Shown: positions 30,907 through 42,589, numbered from the stretch's first letter. The stretch is 64,000 nucleotides of DNA from an uncultured cyanobacterium (GCA_963793265.1 CAWBZI010000001.1:864001-928000), one strand, 5' to 3'. The notes: generated by a model from the sequence alone, not told the origin. Made by a program: numbers and translations.

Positions 30907-31479
30907 TCACACTACCGTTGATTCGCGTGATGATAAACGCTCTACGCCGTCAAGTTCTGAGCTACCGAGTTCTATGCCATCAATGGGCGCTTTAGCGAGC
31001 AGCCCTAGTAGCTGAGCGATGGTTTTGTCGAAAATAGGGTGGGGCCAGTCGGGGGCAATTTCGACTAGCGGCACTAGCACAAAAGCCCTTTCGTGCAGGC
31101 GGGGATGAGGCACTGTGAGCCCCGGCGCATCAATAATTTGATTGCCAAATAGCAAGATATCAAGATCGAGTGACCTTGCACCCCATCGTTCCTGACGCAC
31201 ACGGCCAAATTGATTTTCGATCTTGAGCAGTTGATTGAGCAGGGCTCTGGGCGCAAGCGTGGTTTCGATTAGAATGCAGGCGTTGAGGTAGTCGGGCTGG
31301 GGCGGGCCGATAGGGGCAGTTTTGTAGAGGGGCGATCGCGCCAATACCGAAATCTCATTCTGGTTATCGATCGCCCGTACGGCCTCAGCTAAAATCCGCC
31401 TGGAGTCACCTAAGTTTCCGCCTAGTGCGATCGCACATTTGACGCGATCGCCCCGCATCGAATTTTTCAACTGCCCCAT
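30907..31479 (-). CDS. folK: 2-amino-4-hydroxy-6-hydroxymethyldihydropteridine diphosphokinase
   Basis: IALGGNLG, QPDYLN, RWGARSLDLDIL, PHPRLHERAFVL. Confidence 0.95.
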   Translation of the reverse strand: MGQLKNSMRGDRVKCAIALGGNLGDSRRILAEAVRAIDNQNEISVLARSPLYKTAPIGPPQPDYLNACILIETTLAPRALLNQLLKIENQFGRVRQERWGARSLDLDILLFGNQIIDAPGLTVPHPRLHERAFVLVPLVEIAPDWPHPIFDKTIAQLLGLLAKAPIDGIELGSSELDGVERLSSRESTVV

Positions 31480-31511
31480 CAGGCACTTCTCCTTCGACGG
31501 TGTTCCTATCG

Positions 31512-31850
31512 CTAAGCTTTAGCAAGTGCACCGCGCACCCGGCCCGTTAGCTGCTCAGCCGTCAGCACGCCTTCAATACGATCAACCGGCTGGCCTTGAT
31601 TGAACAAAACCAGCGTAGGCAGTGCGTGAATGCTATGCGCAGAGGCAATTTGAGGATATTTCTCAGTGTCAATTTTGACGATTTTAACTTCGCCCTTCAT
31701 CTCAGAGCCTACCTGCACCAAAATCTTAGACATCATTTGGCAGGGACCGCACCAATCAGCATAAAAATCAACCAACACGGGCTCATCAGAGCCATCAATC
31801 ATCTCATCAAAACTGTTGAACTGCTGTTTGACTGCCATAGACGTACTCAT
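31512..31850 (-). CDS. trxA: Thioredoxin (y-type-like)
   Basis: VDFYADWCGPC, ALPTL. Confidence 0.9.
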   Translation of the reverse strand: MSTSMAVKQQFNSFDEMIDGSDEPVLVDFYADWCGPCQMMSKILVQVGSEMKGEVKIVKIDTEKYPQIASAHSIHALPTLVLFNQGQPVDRIEGVLTAEQLTGRVRGALAKA

Positions 31851-32035
31851 AAAGATAGAAAAACGACCTCTACATGCTAATGGTCTAACCTATCTGCGTA
31901 CAAATTCCTACTGAATACTTTAGGGATCTTAATCTAGTGATGGAAGCTAGCTTCTAGTGTCCGGTTCGCGGCGTAGATAATTGCTCGCTCACCCCACGAA
32001 ATATTACAGTGATTGGGCAAATTTTTAGAAAGTGA

Positions 32036-32797
<762 letters not shown>

Positions 32798-32842
32798 GCC
32801 TATTTTCTGATGGATATCAGCAGTTCACAACAGTAGGAAAGC

Positions 32843-33172
32843 GTGCCTCAAGAACCTTGGGAAGTTCGAAGATATGTAGATGAAAGAGGCGTACGACCTA
32901 TCGAAGTGTGGTTATCAAAGCTGGACAAAAAAACTCAAACCAGAATTGAAGCTAGGCTAGATAGAATTATTGATGGTAATTTTGGAGATCACAAGCTCAT
33001 AGCTGAAGGATTGTATGAGCTGCGCTTCTTTTTTGGCCCCGGCTATCGGATTTACTATGCAGTTGTAGAAGAGCGAATAATTTTATTACTGGCAGGAGGA
33101 GATAAAAAGAGCCAGGCCAAAGACATTAAAATAGCAAAAATGATGTGGAACGATTACCAAGCTGACTCATAG
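32843..33172 (+). CDS. RelE/ParE-family toxin (addiction module killer protein)
   Basis: GNFGDHK, ELRFFFGPGYRIYY, LLAGGDKKSQAKDI; GTG start with AGGA RBS. Confidence 0.88.
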   Translation: MPQEPWEVRRYVDERGVRPIEVWLSKLDKKTQTRIEARLDRIIDGNFGDHKLIAEGLYELRFFFGPGYRIYYAVVEERIILLLAGGDKKSQAKDIKIAKMMWNDYQADS

Positions 33173-33185
33173 GGAGCTTTGCTAC

Positions 33186-33491
33186 ATGCCTTCAGATAGC
33201 TATCACGAGAGCCATATAAAGAAGCTCCTAGATCCTGAATACTCGTCTTTGTACATAGAAACATCTTTAGAAGAGACGATTAAGGATAGGAATATTATGG
33301 CGTTTCTGCGAGCTTTGAGAAACGTTTTAGAAGCTGCTGACAGGAGGCAAACGACCGTTTCTGAAGTTTATCTGTTGAGAGAACACGTGTATCAAACACT
33401 GCTTAAAAAGCAAAACCTCACTGTCGAAGAGGCTGCTTTCGCTCTCAAAGAGGTTGGAATAATCCCTGAGGCGGGGCTTGTAGAGGCATAG
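33186..33491 (+). CDS. Cognate antitoxin, diverged
   Basis: Follows the toxin; LLDPEYSSLY and AFLRALRNV resemble addiction-module antidote proteins; HTH region diverged. Confidence 0.65.
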   Translation: MPSDSYHESHIKKLLDPEYSSLYIETSLEETIKDRNIMAFLRALRNVLEAADRRQTTVSEVYLLREHVYQTLLKKQNLTVEEAAFALKEVGIIPEAGLVEA

Positions 33492-33625
33492 ATTAGCCGA
33501 TACGTTTAAGAAGAGTGTGTCTAGCCTCTGCTAAAGGAAGAGATAGGCGAAGGAAATGTTCATAGCACAACGTTAATTGTTACGATAGCTAAAAGCTAAT
33601 CAAGCGTAGGGCTACGCGATTTATT

Positions 33626-34789
33626 ATGGGCCGTGTTGGAGTTTTACTACTGAATTTGGGTGGGCCAGAAAAGCCGGAGGACGTTCAGCCCTTCTTGTTT
33701 AACCTATTTTCAGACCCAGAAATTATTCGTATTCCATTCCCAGCGCTGCAAAAGCCGCTAGCCTGGTTTATTTCTAGCCGCAGGGCGAAAACGTCGCAAG
33801 AAAACTATCAGCAAATCGGGGGCGGTTCGCCATTGCGGCGCATTACCGAAGAGCAGGGCGCGGCGCTGAAAACGAAGCTTAAGGAACGCGGCGAGGAGGC
33901 TGAGGTGTATGTGGGGATGCGCTACTGGCATCCTTTTACTGAAGAGGCGATCACTCAAATCAAAAAAGACAGCCTCGAAAAGCTTGTCGTACTCCCCCTC
34001 TACCCTCAATACTCCATCAGCACCAGTGGTTCTAGCTTTCGCCTGCTAGAGCAAATATGGCAAGACGATCCAAAACTCGCCCCGATTGATTACACGCTAA
34101 TCCCATCCTGGTATTCACGCCCCGGCTACATCAAGGCCATGGCGGGGCTGATTCGCACCGAGCTAGACAAGCTGCCTGAGCCCAATGGCGCGCATATTTT
34201 TTTCAGTGCGCACGGCGTACCCGTGAGCTATGTAGAGGAATTCGGCGATCCGTATCAAAAAGAGATTGAGCACTGCACTGATTTGATTATGCAGGAGCTG
34301 GGTCGCCCTAATAACTTCACGCTGGCCTATCAAAGCAGGGTCGGGCCGATTGAGTGGCTTCAGCCCTACACCGAAGACGCGATTGAGGGGCTAGCTGAGC
34401 AGGGCGTCGATGACCTGGTAGTGGTGCCGATTAGCTTTGTCTCTGAGCATATCGAGACGCTGCAAGAAATTGATATTGAGTATCGTGAGCTGGCAGAAGA
34501 AGCCGGTATTAAGGGCTTTCACCGGGTGCCTGCGCTGGATACGGATGAAACGTTTATTACTGATTTGGCCGATATGGTGGATGAGGCGCTTGAGGCTGAG
34601 CCTGTTCAGTTTTCGGATCTGGAAAAGCCTGAGAAGAAGGTGAAGATTTACCCACAGGATAAGTCTGCCTGGGGGATGACGCCGGTTGCGGAGGTGTGGA
34701 ATGGACGCTTTGCCATGTTAGGCTTTTTGGCTTTGCTAGCTGAGATCTTGATGGGCAAAGGGCCGCTGCATTCGATCGGACTACTGTAA
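33626..34789 (+). CDS. hemH: Ferrochelatase with C-terminal CAB domain
   Basis: [37 protein letters not shown] motif [13 protein letters not shown]. Confidence 0.96.
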   Translation: MGRVGVLLLNLGGPEKPEDVQPFLFNLFSDPEIIRIPFPALQKPLAWFISSRRAKTSQENYQQIGGGSPLRRITEEQGAALKTKLKERGEEAEVYVGMRYWHPFTEEAITQIKKDSLEKLVVLPLYPQYSISTSGSSFRLLEQIWQDDPKLAPIDYTLIPSWYSRPGYIKAMAGLIRTELDKLPEPNGAHIFFSAHGVPVSYVEEFGDPYQKEIEHCTDLIMQELGRPNNFTLAYQSRVGPIEWLQPYTEDAIEGLAEQGVDDLVVVPISFVSEHIETLQEIDIEYRELAEEAGIKGFHRVPALDTDETFITDLADMVDEALEAEPVQFSDLEKPEKKVKIYPQDKSAWGMTPVAEVWNGRFAMLGFLALLAEILMGKGPLHSIGLL

Positions 34790-34813
34790 TTTTGAGAGAA
34801 GAGGACTGCTTGT

Positions 34814-35431
34814 ATGGAAGCTCAACCTAAACGCTCAATTTTTGGCGAATTTAGGCTGCAAATTACGGTATTGCTGAGCCTGGTTGCTTTGCTGTGGGCG
34901 ATAGAAGCTGTGGATTGGTTCGTCTTTCGAGGTGCTCTAGATCAGCTATTCGGCATTAGACCGCGTACGGCGGCTGGGCTATGGGGCATTTTGTTTGCGC
35001 CTTTTTTGCATGGAAGTTTTAGCCATCTGTTTGCTAATACCATCCCATTGGTGAGCCTGGGCTGGCTGGTGATGCTGCGTAAAACGAGCGACTGGTTTGC
35101 GGTGAGTGCGATCGCTGCTCTATGCAGTGGATTAGGCACCTGGCTCATCGGCGCATCCAACTCCACCCACATTGGCGCAAGCGGCGTTATTTTTGGATAC
35201 TTTGGCTTTTTACTGCTGCGAGGTTACTTTGAGCGTAGCTTTGTTGCGATCGTCTTCTCTGTCTTAGTCACCTTCCTATACGGCGGTATCATCTTAGGCA
35301 CCCTCCCTTTTTTCAACGCGCCAAACGTCTCTTGGGAAGGTCACCTTTTCGGCTTTATAGGCGGTGCTGTAGCGGCCTGGCTACTCGCTAAACCTAGTGT
35401 AAAAAATGAGAAGTCTATTGATTCTTGGTAG
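34814..35431 (+). CDS. Rhomboid family intramembrane protease
   Basis: FLHGSFSHLFAN, HIGASG, SWEGHLFG. Confidence 0.9.
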   Translation: MEAQPKRSIFGEFRLQITVLLSLVALLWAIEAVDWFVFRGALDQLFGIRPRTAAGLWGILFAPFLHGSFSHLFANTIPLVSLGWLVMLRKTSDWFAVSAIAALCSGLGTWLIGASNSTHIGASGVIFGYFGFLLLRGYFERSFVAIVFSVLVTFLYGGIILGTLPFFNAPNVSWEGHLFGFIGGAVAAWLLAKPSVKNEKSIDSW

Positions 35432-35460
35432 CTGATTCTGGGTGGCCAAGGCTCGCTGGC

Positions 35461-36618
35461 TCAACCTTCTGGCGTCAACCGGCGGCCTGGATCTAAAGTT
35501 TCTGCCACTGCCTCTGTCAAATAGCTCGCTGCGGCCTCTACGGCGGCGACTGCATTTTCATAGAGCATTCGCGTCGGGCCTAATACGCCTAAGCTACCGA
35601 CCGGGCCTGGGGCGCATCCGTATGTCGTGGTCACTAGCGCGCAGGTCTGCATAGGTTCAACTGGATTTTCTGCCCCAATCCAGATGCGTAAGCGCCGATG
35701 GCCTGAGCCGTCTTCATGGAAGAGGCGATCGCCTATCAAAGGAATACTTGCTTGCCCTTCAGCCGAGATTAGCGGCCATAGCTGATCGCGCCCGTCTTCT
35801 AAAAGCTGAACAATGCTACGAATTTGACTGCGTTCAGAAAATTCAGGCTGATCAAGCACTTCAGCTAGGCCGCTGACGAGAATCTGGGTAGCTGGATTTT
35901 TATGCGATCGCCTCGCCAATCCCACCATCGCCTGCTGCAAATCGCCTGCTAAATCCACCGCGTACTGATAAAACGCCTGGTCAAGATCAGTCCAGTTAAG
36001 GGCCACATCACGCAGCGATCGCCCCTTCAACTGCTCAGTCAAAAAATTAGACAATATTTGCAGCTCAGAGTCGCTAGCCGCTTGAGACTCATCTGCACTC
36101 ACCATTGGATGCGGCATCAGAATCGAATGATTCGTATGCGTGTCAATCACCACCAGCAGCAGTTGCTCATCGCTCACTCGAACGAGCTGCAAATGCTTGA
36201 TTTTTGCCTCGTTTCGCTGCGGCATCGTCACCAGCGCGATATGACCGCTCAAGCTCGCAAGCACCTGCGCTGACTCTTGCAATAGCGCCTCCATGACTTG
36301 CCCGTCCCAATTCAACCGCTGGCCGACAGTGCCTTTTATCTGCTGAGCCATCTGCTCAGTGAGCGGCCCGGAAGGCGTCATCAGCTCGTTCACATAGGCG
36401 CGATACCCCGAGTCTGAGGGAATGCGTCCAGCAGAAGTGTGTGGCTGATACAGCAGACCTGAGTCTTCTAGCGCACCCATTACATTGCGAATAGTCGCTG
36501 AGCTAACTTTAAGGTCATAGCCGCTCACCAACGACTTAGAGCCTACGGGCTCTGCGGTGCTTACGTAGTGGCGTACCGTTGCCCGCAGAATGTTCTGTTG
36601 TCTGGGGTTAAGCTTCAT
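35461..36618 (-). CDS. hrcA: Heat-inducible transcription repressor
   Basis: EPVGSK, SSATIRN, QPHTSAGRIPSDSGYR, IGAEN, GVLGPTRM. Confidence 0.95.
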   Translation of the reverse strand: MKLNPRQQNILRATVRHYVSTAEPVGSKSLVSGYDLKVSSATIRNVMGALEDSGLLYQPHTSAGRIPSDSGYRAYVNELMTPSGPLTEQMAQQIKGTVGQRLNWDGQVMEALLQESAQVLASLSGHIALVTMPQRNEAKIKHLQLVRVSDEQLLLVVIDTHTNHSILMPHPMVSADESQAASDSELQILSNFLTEQLKGRSLRDVALNWTDLDQAFYQYAVDLAGDLQQAMVGLARRSHKNPATQILVSGLAEVLDQPEFSERSQIRSIVQLLEDGRDQLWPLISAEGQASIPLIGDRLFHEDGSGHRRLRIWIGAENPVEPMQTCALVTTTYGCAPGPVGSLGVLGPTRMLYENAVAAVEAAASYLTEAVAETLDPGRRLTPEG

Positions 36619-36856
36619 GCATGCATTGCCTATTAATGCCTGTCTTAATTGTGCACTACCTTAACCGATTGTTAAGTCCGATGACTGTAACGATTAAGGC
36701 AAAACGATCCCCGATTATGAAGCGCTATAAAAGGGTTGTCACGATGTTGTGTGAGTAATGTTCGGCAATATTCTCAATATCCTGGTAAATTCAGAGAGTT
36801 GCGGTAACGCTCATGCATCGTTGTTGTAACGCTCTTAGCCAGGTTATGCCGACATC

Positions 36857-37954
36857 ATGTCTGACCTTCCTTTTACCCTCGATCAGCTCCGAATTTTAAA
36901 GGCCATTGCTGCCGAGGGTAGCTTTAAGCGCGCTGCCGACAGCTTGTATGTGTCTCAGCCTGCGGTGAGCTTGCAGGTGCAAAATTTAGAGCGATCGCTC
37001 GCGGTTCCACTATTCGACAGAGGCGGACGCCGCGCCCAGCTTACCGAAGCCGGGCATTTGCTTTTAGAATATGGCGATCGCATCCTCAGCCTTTGCCAAG
37101 AAACCTGCCGCGCCATTGAAGATCTGCAAAATCTTCAGGGCGGTACCCTGATCGTAGGCGCGAGCCAAACCACCGGCACCTACCTGCTGCCGCGCATGAT
37201 CGGTCAGTTTCGCCAGCGCTATCCAGACGTGGCCGTACAGCTCCACGTTCACTCCACTCGCCGCACCGCTTGGGCTGTGGCCAACGGTCAGATAGATTTG
37301 GCTATTATCGGCGGCGAACTGCCGCCTGAGCTACAGGAGTCCTTAGAAATCGCGCCCTATGCCGAAGACGAACTAGCGCTGATTATGCCAGTGTTTCATC
37401 CGCTTGCCACCAGCGAAGTGATTGCCCGCAGCGATTTGTATAAGCTGAAATTTATTACCCTCGACTCGCAATCGACTATTCGCAAGGTGATCGATCAGGT
37501 GCTAACGCGCGGCGGCATTGAAACCCGCAGGCTGCGTATAGAAATGGAGCTAAACTCGATTGAAGCAATTAAAAATGCAGTTCAATCAGGCTTAGGTGTT
37601 TCGTTTGTCTCTACCTCTGCGATTGAAAAAGAGCTGCAAATGGGCGTTATTCACCGCGCTCGGATTGAATCGGTAGAAGTCACGCGAACGCTCTCCGTTA
37701 TCTTTAACCCCAATCGCTATCGCTCAAAGGCAGCAGAGGCGTTCACGAAAGAAATTCTGCCGCAGTTTACAAACCGGGAGCTAGCGTTCACAAAGGCCAG
37801 CTCAAAGGCTTCTAAAATGAATGGGAAAGCGGTAATTGCAAAAGCCGCGGCTGACAGCAAAGCGGCGGCCAGTGCAACCACCAAAGGATCGTCTATGAAG
37901 CTTTCTGAGTCAGTCAATGGCGTCACGAAAGCAGCGGTTGATGCAGACGCATAA
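36857..37954 (+). CDS. LysR family regulator (Ycf30/RbcR type)
   Basis: [11 protein letters not shown]...[31 protein letters not shown]; Ala/Lys-rich tail. Confidence 0.88.
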   Translation: MSDLPFTLDQLRILKAIAAEGSFKRAADSLYVSQPAVSLQVQNLERSLAVPLFDRGGRRAQLTEAGHLLLEYGDRILSLCQETCRAIEDLQNLQGGTLIVGASQTTGTYLLPRMIGQFRQRYPDVAVQLHVHSTRRTAWAVANGQIDLAIIGGELPPELQESLEIAPYAEDELALIMPVFHPLATSEVIARSDLYKLKFITLDSQSTIRKVIDQVLTRGGIETRRLRIEMELNSIEAIKNAVQSGLGVSFVSTSAIEKELQMGVIHRARIESVEVTRTLSVIFNPNRYRSKAAEAFTKEILPQFTNRELAFTKASSKASKMNGKAVIAKAAADSKAAASATTKGSSMKLSESVNGVTKAAVDADA

Positions 37955-38031
37955 TGCGTTTGTTTGCCAAACTCTTTATATCGCTGTAAGACAGCCGTAG
38001 TGTTTGCCCCGTTTGACGCTAAAATCGCCCC

Positions 38032-39438
38032 ATGCAACTGCACTGCACCCGTCCAAATTGCCCTAATCCGCTCAATAGCTTCCCCAGCCTCGATAATCCC
38101 AAACTTCCCAGGCCGCTGAAGCAGAAGTATTGCAGCGCCTGCCGCATGGAGCTAATTTTGGGCGGTCGCTACCTGCCTATGAGCGTACTAGGTAAGGGTG
38201 GATTCGGCACTGCTTTTTTAGCCCGCGATTTTGATTCTCCCACCAAGCGAAACTGCGTTGTCAAATTATTTCAGCCACCAGTGACGCTTACGGCTACGCA
38301 GATGGCGACTGCCCAACGGCTATTTGGCACTGAGGCTGAGGTTCTAGAACGCCTCGGCTTGCTACACCCTCAAATTCCTAACCTGTACGCTTACTTTCCG
38401 CTGCTGATTACCAACCCGCTGACGAATCAGACAGAAGAACTGTTTTATCTGGTGCAGGAGTTTGTAGATGGCGAAGATCTGGAGAAAGTTTTAGAGCGTG
38501 ACGGCAAGTTTTCGGAAGCAGCCGTGACTGAAGTGCTTAGAGAAATGCTGGGCGTGTTGGACTTTGTGCACAACAAAGGAGCCATTCATCGCGACGTGAA
38601 GCCCTCGAATATTATGAAGGGGCGAGATGGGCGGCTGTCGCTGCTCGACTTTGGCGCGGTGAAAGAAGTGACGGCCCCGTCAGGCGTACAGCGCGGGCCA
38701 ACGACCATTTGCTCGCCAGACTATGCCCCACCAGAGCAGATTATGAATGGGGTCGTAGATCCTAGCTCGGATCTGTATGCGTTGGCAGCCACCTGCGTTG
38801 TGCTGCTGACCAACATGAGTTCTAGTGAGCTGCGCGATAGTTCGACAAATAGCTGGCGGTGGCATTCTCACACGCAGGTATCTGCGCCACTATCTCAGGT
38901 GCTCGATAAAATGCTGATGGCGCGTCCGAGCGATCGCTATCCCACTGCCAAAGCCGTCTTATCGGCCCTCCCATCACCAGGAAAAACCATCGGCTGGCCC
39001 CCACCTCTGCTACCAACGCCAACGCCAAAACCTGTGCCAAAACCCGTGCCACCTCAAACGCAGGCTGCGCCTTCGCCACCTATGCCACTGATGCAGTTTT
39101 TGAGCAGTGCGGCTTTTTTAGGATCAGAAGCGGGGTTGTTGGCAATCGCAACGTTCAGCCTAGCCACGGCTGGGACGGTTCTTGTGGGCGGCGGCGTCTG
39201 GATTGCAATGATTGCGATGCTGACGTTTCTACAGCTTCGTCGCGTTATTGAAGGCTGGGACTTTTTGATTATTGCCGGGCTGACGCTGGTTGCGGTAGTT
39301 CTATTTGCCCCGCTCAATAGCCTGCTAAACGGTAACTTATTAACTATCTTGGTGATTGCGGTAGTCTCTGCAGGTGTCGCGGTTGCGATCGCTGTTCTTT
39401 TCCGCCTTATCTTTGGCTTAGTCTCTCGTATTATGTGA
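38032..39438 (+). CDS. Ser/Thr protein kinase with N-terminal 4-Cys motif and C-terminal TM bundle
   Basis: CTRPNC...CSAC; GKGGFG, HRDVKPSN, DFG, APPE; Pro-rich linker; about four hydrophobic helices. Confidence 0.9.
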   Translation: MQLHCTRPNCPNPLNSFPSLDNPKLPRPLKQKYCSACRMELILGGRYLPMSVLGKGGFGTAFLARDFDSPTKRNCVVKLFQPPVTLTATQMATAQRLFGTEAEVLERLGLLHPQIPNLYAYFPLLITNPLTNQTEELFYLVQEFVDGEDLEKVLERDGKFSEAAVTEVLREMLGVLDFVHNKGAIHRDVKPSNIMKGRDGRLSLLDFGAVKEVTAPSGVQRGPTTICSPDYAPPEQIMNGVVDPSSDLYALAATCVVLLTNMSSSELRDSSTNSWRWHSHTQVSAPLSQVLDKMLMARPSDRYPTAKAVLSALPSPGKTIGWPPPLLPTPTPKPVPKPVPPQTQAAPSPPMPLMQFLSSAAFLGSEAGLLAIATFSLATAGTVLVGGGVWIAMIAMLTFLQLRRVIEGWDFLIIAGLTLVAVVLFAPLNSLLNGNLLTILVIAVVSAGVAVAIAVLFRLIFGLVSRIM

Positions 39439-39469
39439 TTTATATATAAAAACGGTTTACTTGCCTCCT

Positions 39470-40885
39470 ATGTCTAAACGAAACGAGCTACCTGCTCTAA
39501 TTGCAACTTTACTTATCACATCTGCCTTGATAGGCGGCGGCGCATGGTGGCTTATAAACCAACTAGACGGGAGCGGCATTGATATTCCAACTGCAGGTGA
39601 GCGAGCCCAGCCTGATAGCGAGGATCGAACGTCTTTGGCTGGTGCTGACGGCAGTTCAGGGCAATCGATTCTGCCCGGTTCTACTTCTGAAGCAAAGCAA
39701 AACGGACTTGATGCGCTAGCGACTAGAGACTATGCAACGGCTCAAACAGAATTTGAAGCGGCGCTTGCAGAAAACCGTAACGATCCTGAGTCCCTTGTCT
39801 ATCTCAATAACGCCAAAATTGGTGATGCGCCCGCTTACGAGGTGGCAGTTTCAGTGCCCGCAGGAAAAGTTGTCGATCCGGCACTAGAGATACTCAGAGG
39901 GGTTGCCCAGGCACAGCTAGATATCAATGCAGCAGGCGGCATTGATGGAACGCCGCTAAAATTATTGCTGGTAGATGACGAGGGCAGCGAAGAGAGAGCT
40001 AAAGAACTTGCGTCCGAGTTAGTTGTGAATGAAAGTGTTTTAGGCGTGGTGGGTCACTTTTCAAGTGATACGACGTTAGCGGCAGCTGAGGTTTATGAGG
40101 CCAATGGGTTGACGATGATTTCGCCGACGAGCACGGCTGTGAAGATTACCGATGCGGGCGACTATATTTTTCGCACGGTGCCGAGCGATCGCTTAGCCTC
40201 TGCTACATTAGCCCGCTACGTCGTAAACGAGCTGAACAAGCAAAAAGCTGCTGTCTTCTACAGTTCTAAAAGCACCTACAGCCGTTCAGTAAAAGCAGAG
40301 TTCGCCACTGAGCTACTCAGCAATAACGGCGAAGTTGTGGCTGAATTTGATATTGATGAGACTGGATTTAGCGCGGGCAGAGCCGTACAAGAGGCCAAAG
40401 ACGCAGGCGCAGAGATCATTATGATGGCGCTGACTGTAGCTACTGTAGACACATCAATTCAGGTCATAAATGTGAATCAGGGGGAGCTGCCCTTGGTAGG
40501 TAGTGATGGGCTCTACAATCCTAAGGTGCTAGACGTGGGTCGTAAAAACGCTGAGGGACTAACCATCGCCGTGCCCTGGCATGTCTTGAGCCACGAAGGA
40601 AGCCCTTTTGTCACTGAGTCGCTGGAACTATGGGGTGGCGTTGTCAGCTGGCGCACTGCAACTGCTTACGATGCCGTAAAATCTTTGGCTGCTGCGATCG
40701 CACAAGCGCCAACTCGTGATGGGGTGCAATCGGCTCTATCGACCTCTGGATTTAACGTTGAAGGGGCAACGGACGCAGTGAAGTTTTTCCCAGCGTCGGG
40801 CGATCGCAATCAGCCCTCTCAACTGGTAAAGGTAGTCCCTGGTGGTGCTGCTGGCGGCGAGTATACCTATGAGCCTATCCAGTGA
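39470..40885 (+). CDS. Membrane-anchored LivJ/LivK-like substrate-binding protein
   Basis: N-terminal TM, TPR-like NDPESLVYLNNA, INAAGGIDG, GVVGHFSS, ISPTST, YIFRTVPSD, TAYDA. Confidence 0.85.
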   Translation: MSKRNELPALIATLLITSALIGGGAWWLINQLDGSGIDIPTAGERAQPDSEDRTSLAGADGSSGQSILPGSTSEAKQNGLDALATRDYATAQTEFEAALAENRNDPESLVYLNNAKIGDAPAYEVAVSVPAGKVVDPALEILRGVAQAQLDINAAGGIDGTPLKLLLVDDEGSEERAKELASELVVNESVLGVVGHFSSDTTLAAAEVYEANGLTMISPTSTAVKITDAGDYIFRTVPSDRLASATLARYVVNELNKQKAAVFYSSKSTYSRSVKAEFATELLSNNGEVVAEFDIDETGFSAGRAVQEAKDAGAEIIMMALTVATVDTSIQVINVNQGELPLVGSDGLYNPKVLDVGRKNAEGLTIAVPWHVLSHEGSPFVTESLELWGGVVSWRTATAYDAVKSLAAAIAQAPTRDGVQSALSTSGFNVEGATDAVKFFPASGDRNQPSQLVKVVPGGAAGGEYTYEPIQ

Positions 40886-41087
40886 GCCTGATGTTTGGCC
40901 TGAGGGCGACGTGACAGCTCGTAAAACACTCGAGCGGCTCACTAGCACAAGGCGAAAGACAGTTCGTACAGCAGCTCGCTTTGCACCATATCAATCATAT
41001 CTGGCACTACACATGTGGCGGCATGTAGATGCCAAGCCAGATTGAAAGACTTCACAAGACCAAAAGACCTCAAAAGACCTGATCGGC

Positions 41088-42467
41088 TCAGCCGCCAAAC
41101 CCCGACTTCTTCGCCTTTGCTTTCTTCTTAGAGCCCTTCGGCTTCTCAGTCTTTCCGACAGCCTGCACCGCTTCTTGAAACAGGTTATGCAAATGCACTG
41201 GCACGCTCGCACTCTCAGGTAGCTCAGGCGTCAAAGGCTTTCCGTACCGCGCTAGCACGCCGTTCAAATCCGTCTCTATATCAAGCTGAGGCTGATTAAC
41301 CACCCGACGCAGTGATGCCTCAACAGGTGCGGCATGAGCCTCTACAATCTGCTGCCATACATAAGCATTCACCTGCTCATCTTCTAGATACTTCAGCACC
41401 ATGCGATCAAGGTTTGCCGCTGCATCCGTATTGCCCGGCTCATCGGCGAGCCTTTCTTCAAAGCGACTGTAGTCCTTGAGCAGCATTTGCCCCCACCGGG
41501 GATGCACAAACACCGTTACAGCCTCAGCATTGCGAAACTCATCCGGCAAGCTGGCCTTTGGCATCACCATTTTGAGCGCCTTTGAGCTTTTCAGCAGAGC
41601 CTTAGCAGCCGTACTTTCCTCACCCAAAGAATCCATTGCATCAGCGACTTCCGCCTCAGAAAGCCCAGCGTCTTTAGCCATCTCCCCTAGAGACTTTGAG
41701 CTATCAATTCCGGCATCTGTCAACTGCTGCTCGGTGTTCTTTTCTTGATATATCTGAAACTTTTTGTTGAGTTCATAGCCTGATAGCGTTACCTGCTCGC
41801 CGCCAAAAAGGTCTACAAAGTCCTCATACTGCTGCTTCACAGACGCCCAAGCGGCCTCTTTCAGCTCGGGAGCATCGCCATACAAGTGCTGGGGAAACCA
41901 CTTTTTGAAGTTACCAATCGCAACGGCCAGCTTAGGCTTACCTAGCTTACCCAGTAGCGTAATTGGCCCCGAAAAAGTCCAGGCTGCCTGAGGTTCTGTG
42001 CTCAACGGCATCAGCCGACCTAACACGATCTCTTTAGGACTAATACGGGCCAGTAGCTCAGGATTCTGTGAAGGGTCGGGCCAAACGCTATACGCCTTGT
42101 CAGTTAGCCAGTTTACCAATACGTAGCTACCTTCGCCTACGCTACGCACCACAAATAGGCCGTTAAAACTTCCCTTCCAGCTTTGCAGCCGAGATTCATC
42201 GGCGGGCGATAGCGTCCTATCAGCGCGCGCAAACACATCAATCACACTAGAATCTGCGACCTTACCCTCAGTGAGAAACATATCAATAGCGAGCGCGCTA
42301 CGATTGAGCCCAGATAGGCTAGGCTTCGACCATCGGCTCAACTGCTCGGCGCTAAAAGTTTCTAGGGCAGTTGCGATCTCTCCTTCTGCATCTAAAACGA
42401 AGTCAGTCAAAGACTCTTTGAGTCTCATATCACTAACGAGGGCACTCGCTGCCTGCTTATCTACCAT
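41088..42467 (-). CDS. Hypothetical protein
   Basis: 459-aa ORF with Lys-rich KKSGFGG C-terminus typical of cyanobacterial proteins; no family recognised. Confidence 0.75.
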   Translation of the reverse strand: MVDKQAASALVSDMRLKESLTDFVLDAEGEIATALETFSAEQLSRWSKPSLSGLNRSALAIDMFLTEGKVADSSVIDVFARADRTLSPADESRLQSWKGSFNGLFVVRSVGEGSYVLVNWLTDKAYSVWPDPSQNPELLARISPKEIVLGRLMPLSTEPQAAWTFSGPITLLGKLGKPKLAVAIGNFKKWFPQHLYGDAPELKEAAWASVKQQYEDFVDLFGGEQVTLSGYELNKKFQIYQEKNTEQQLTDAGIDSSKSLGEMAKDAGLSEAEVADAMDSLGEESTAAKALLKSSKALKMVMPKASLPDEFRNAEAVTVFVHPRWGQMLLKDYSRFEERLADEPGNTDAAANLDRMVLKYLEDEQVNAYVWQQIVEAHAAPVEASLRRVVNQPQLDIETDLNGVLARYGKPLTPELPESASVPVHLHNLFQEAVQAVGKTEKPKGSKKKAKAKKSGFGG

Positions 42468-42521
42468 TCGCTTTCGACGGATCTCCTACGACTTTTTAAT
42501 ACGTTTTCTGATGCAAAATAC

Positions 42522-42558
42522 AAAAATAGGCCAATCGAGCATACACCCGATTGGCCTA
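42522..42558 (-). terminator. Intrinsic terminator
   Basis: Stem TAGGCCAATCG / CGATTGGCCTA followed by a T5 tract on the minus strand. Confidence 0.7.
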
Positions 42559-42589
42559 GTCTTTTTCTAAAATCTCTCTAAATTAAGAT

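Noticed and set aside
34640..34789. CAB/HLIP domain on ferrochelatase as a novelty
   Set aside because: Well-established feature of cyanobacterial HemH
36619..36856. CIRCE element upstream of hrcA
   Set aside because: No TTAGCACTC-N9-GAGTGCTAA visible; a TTAT-N8-ATAA near 36715 is too weak to call as a LysR site
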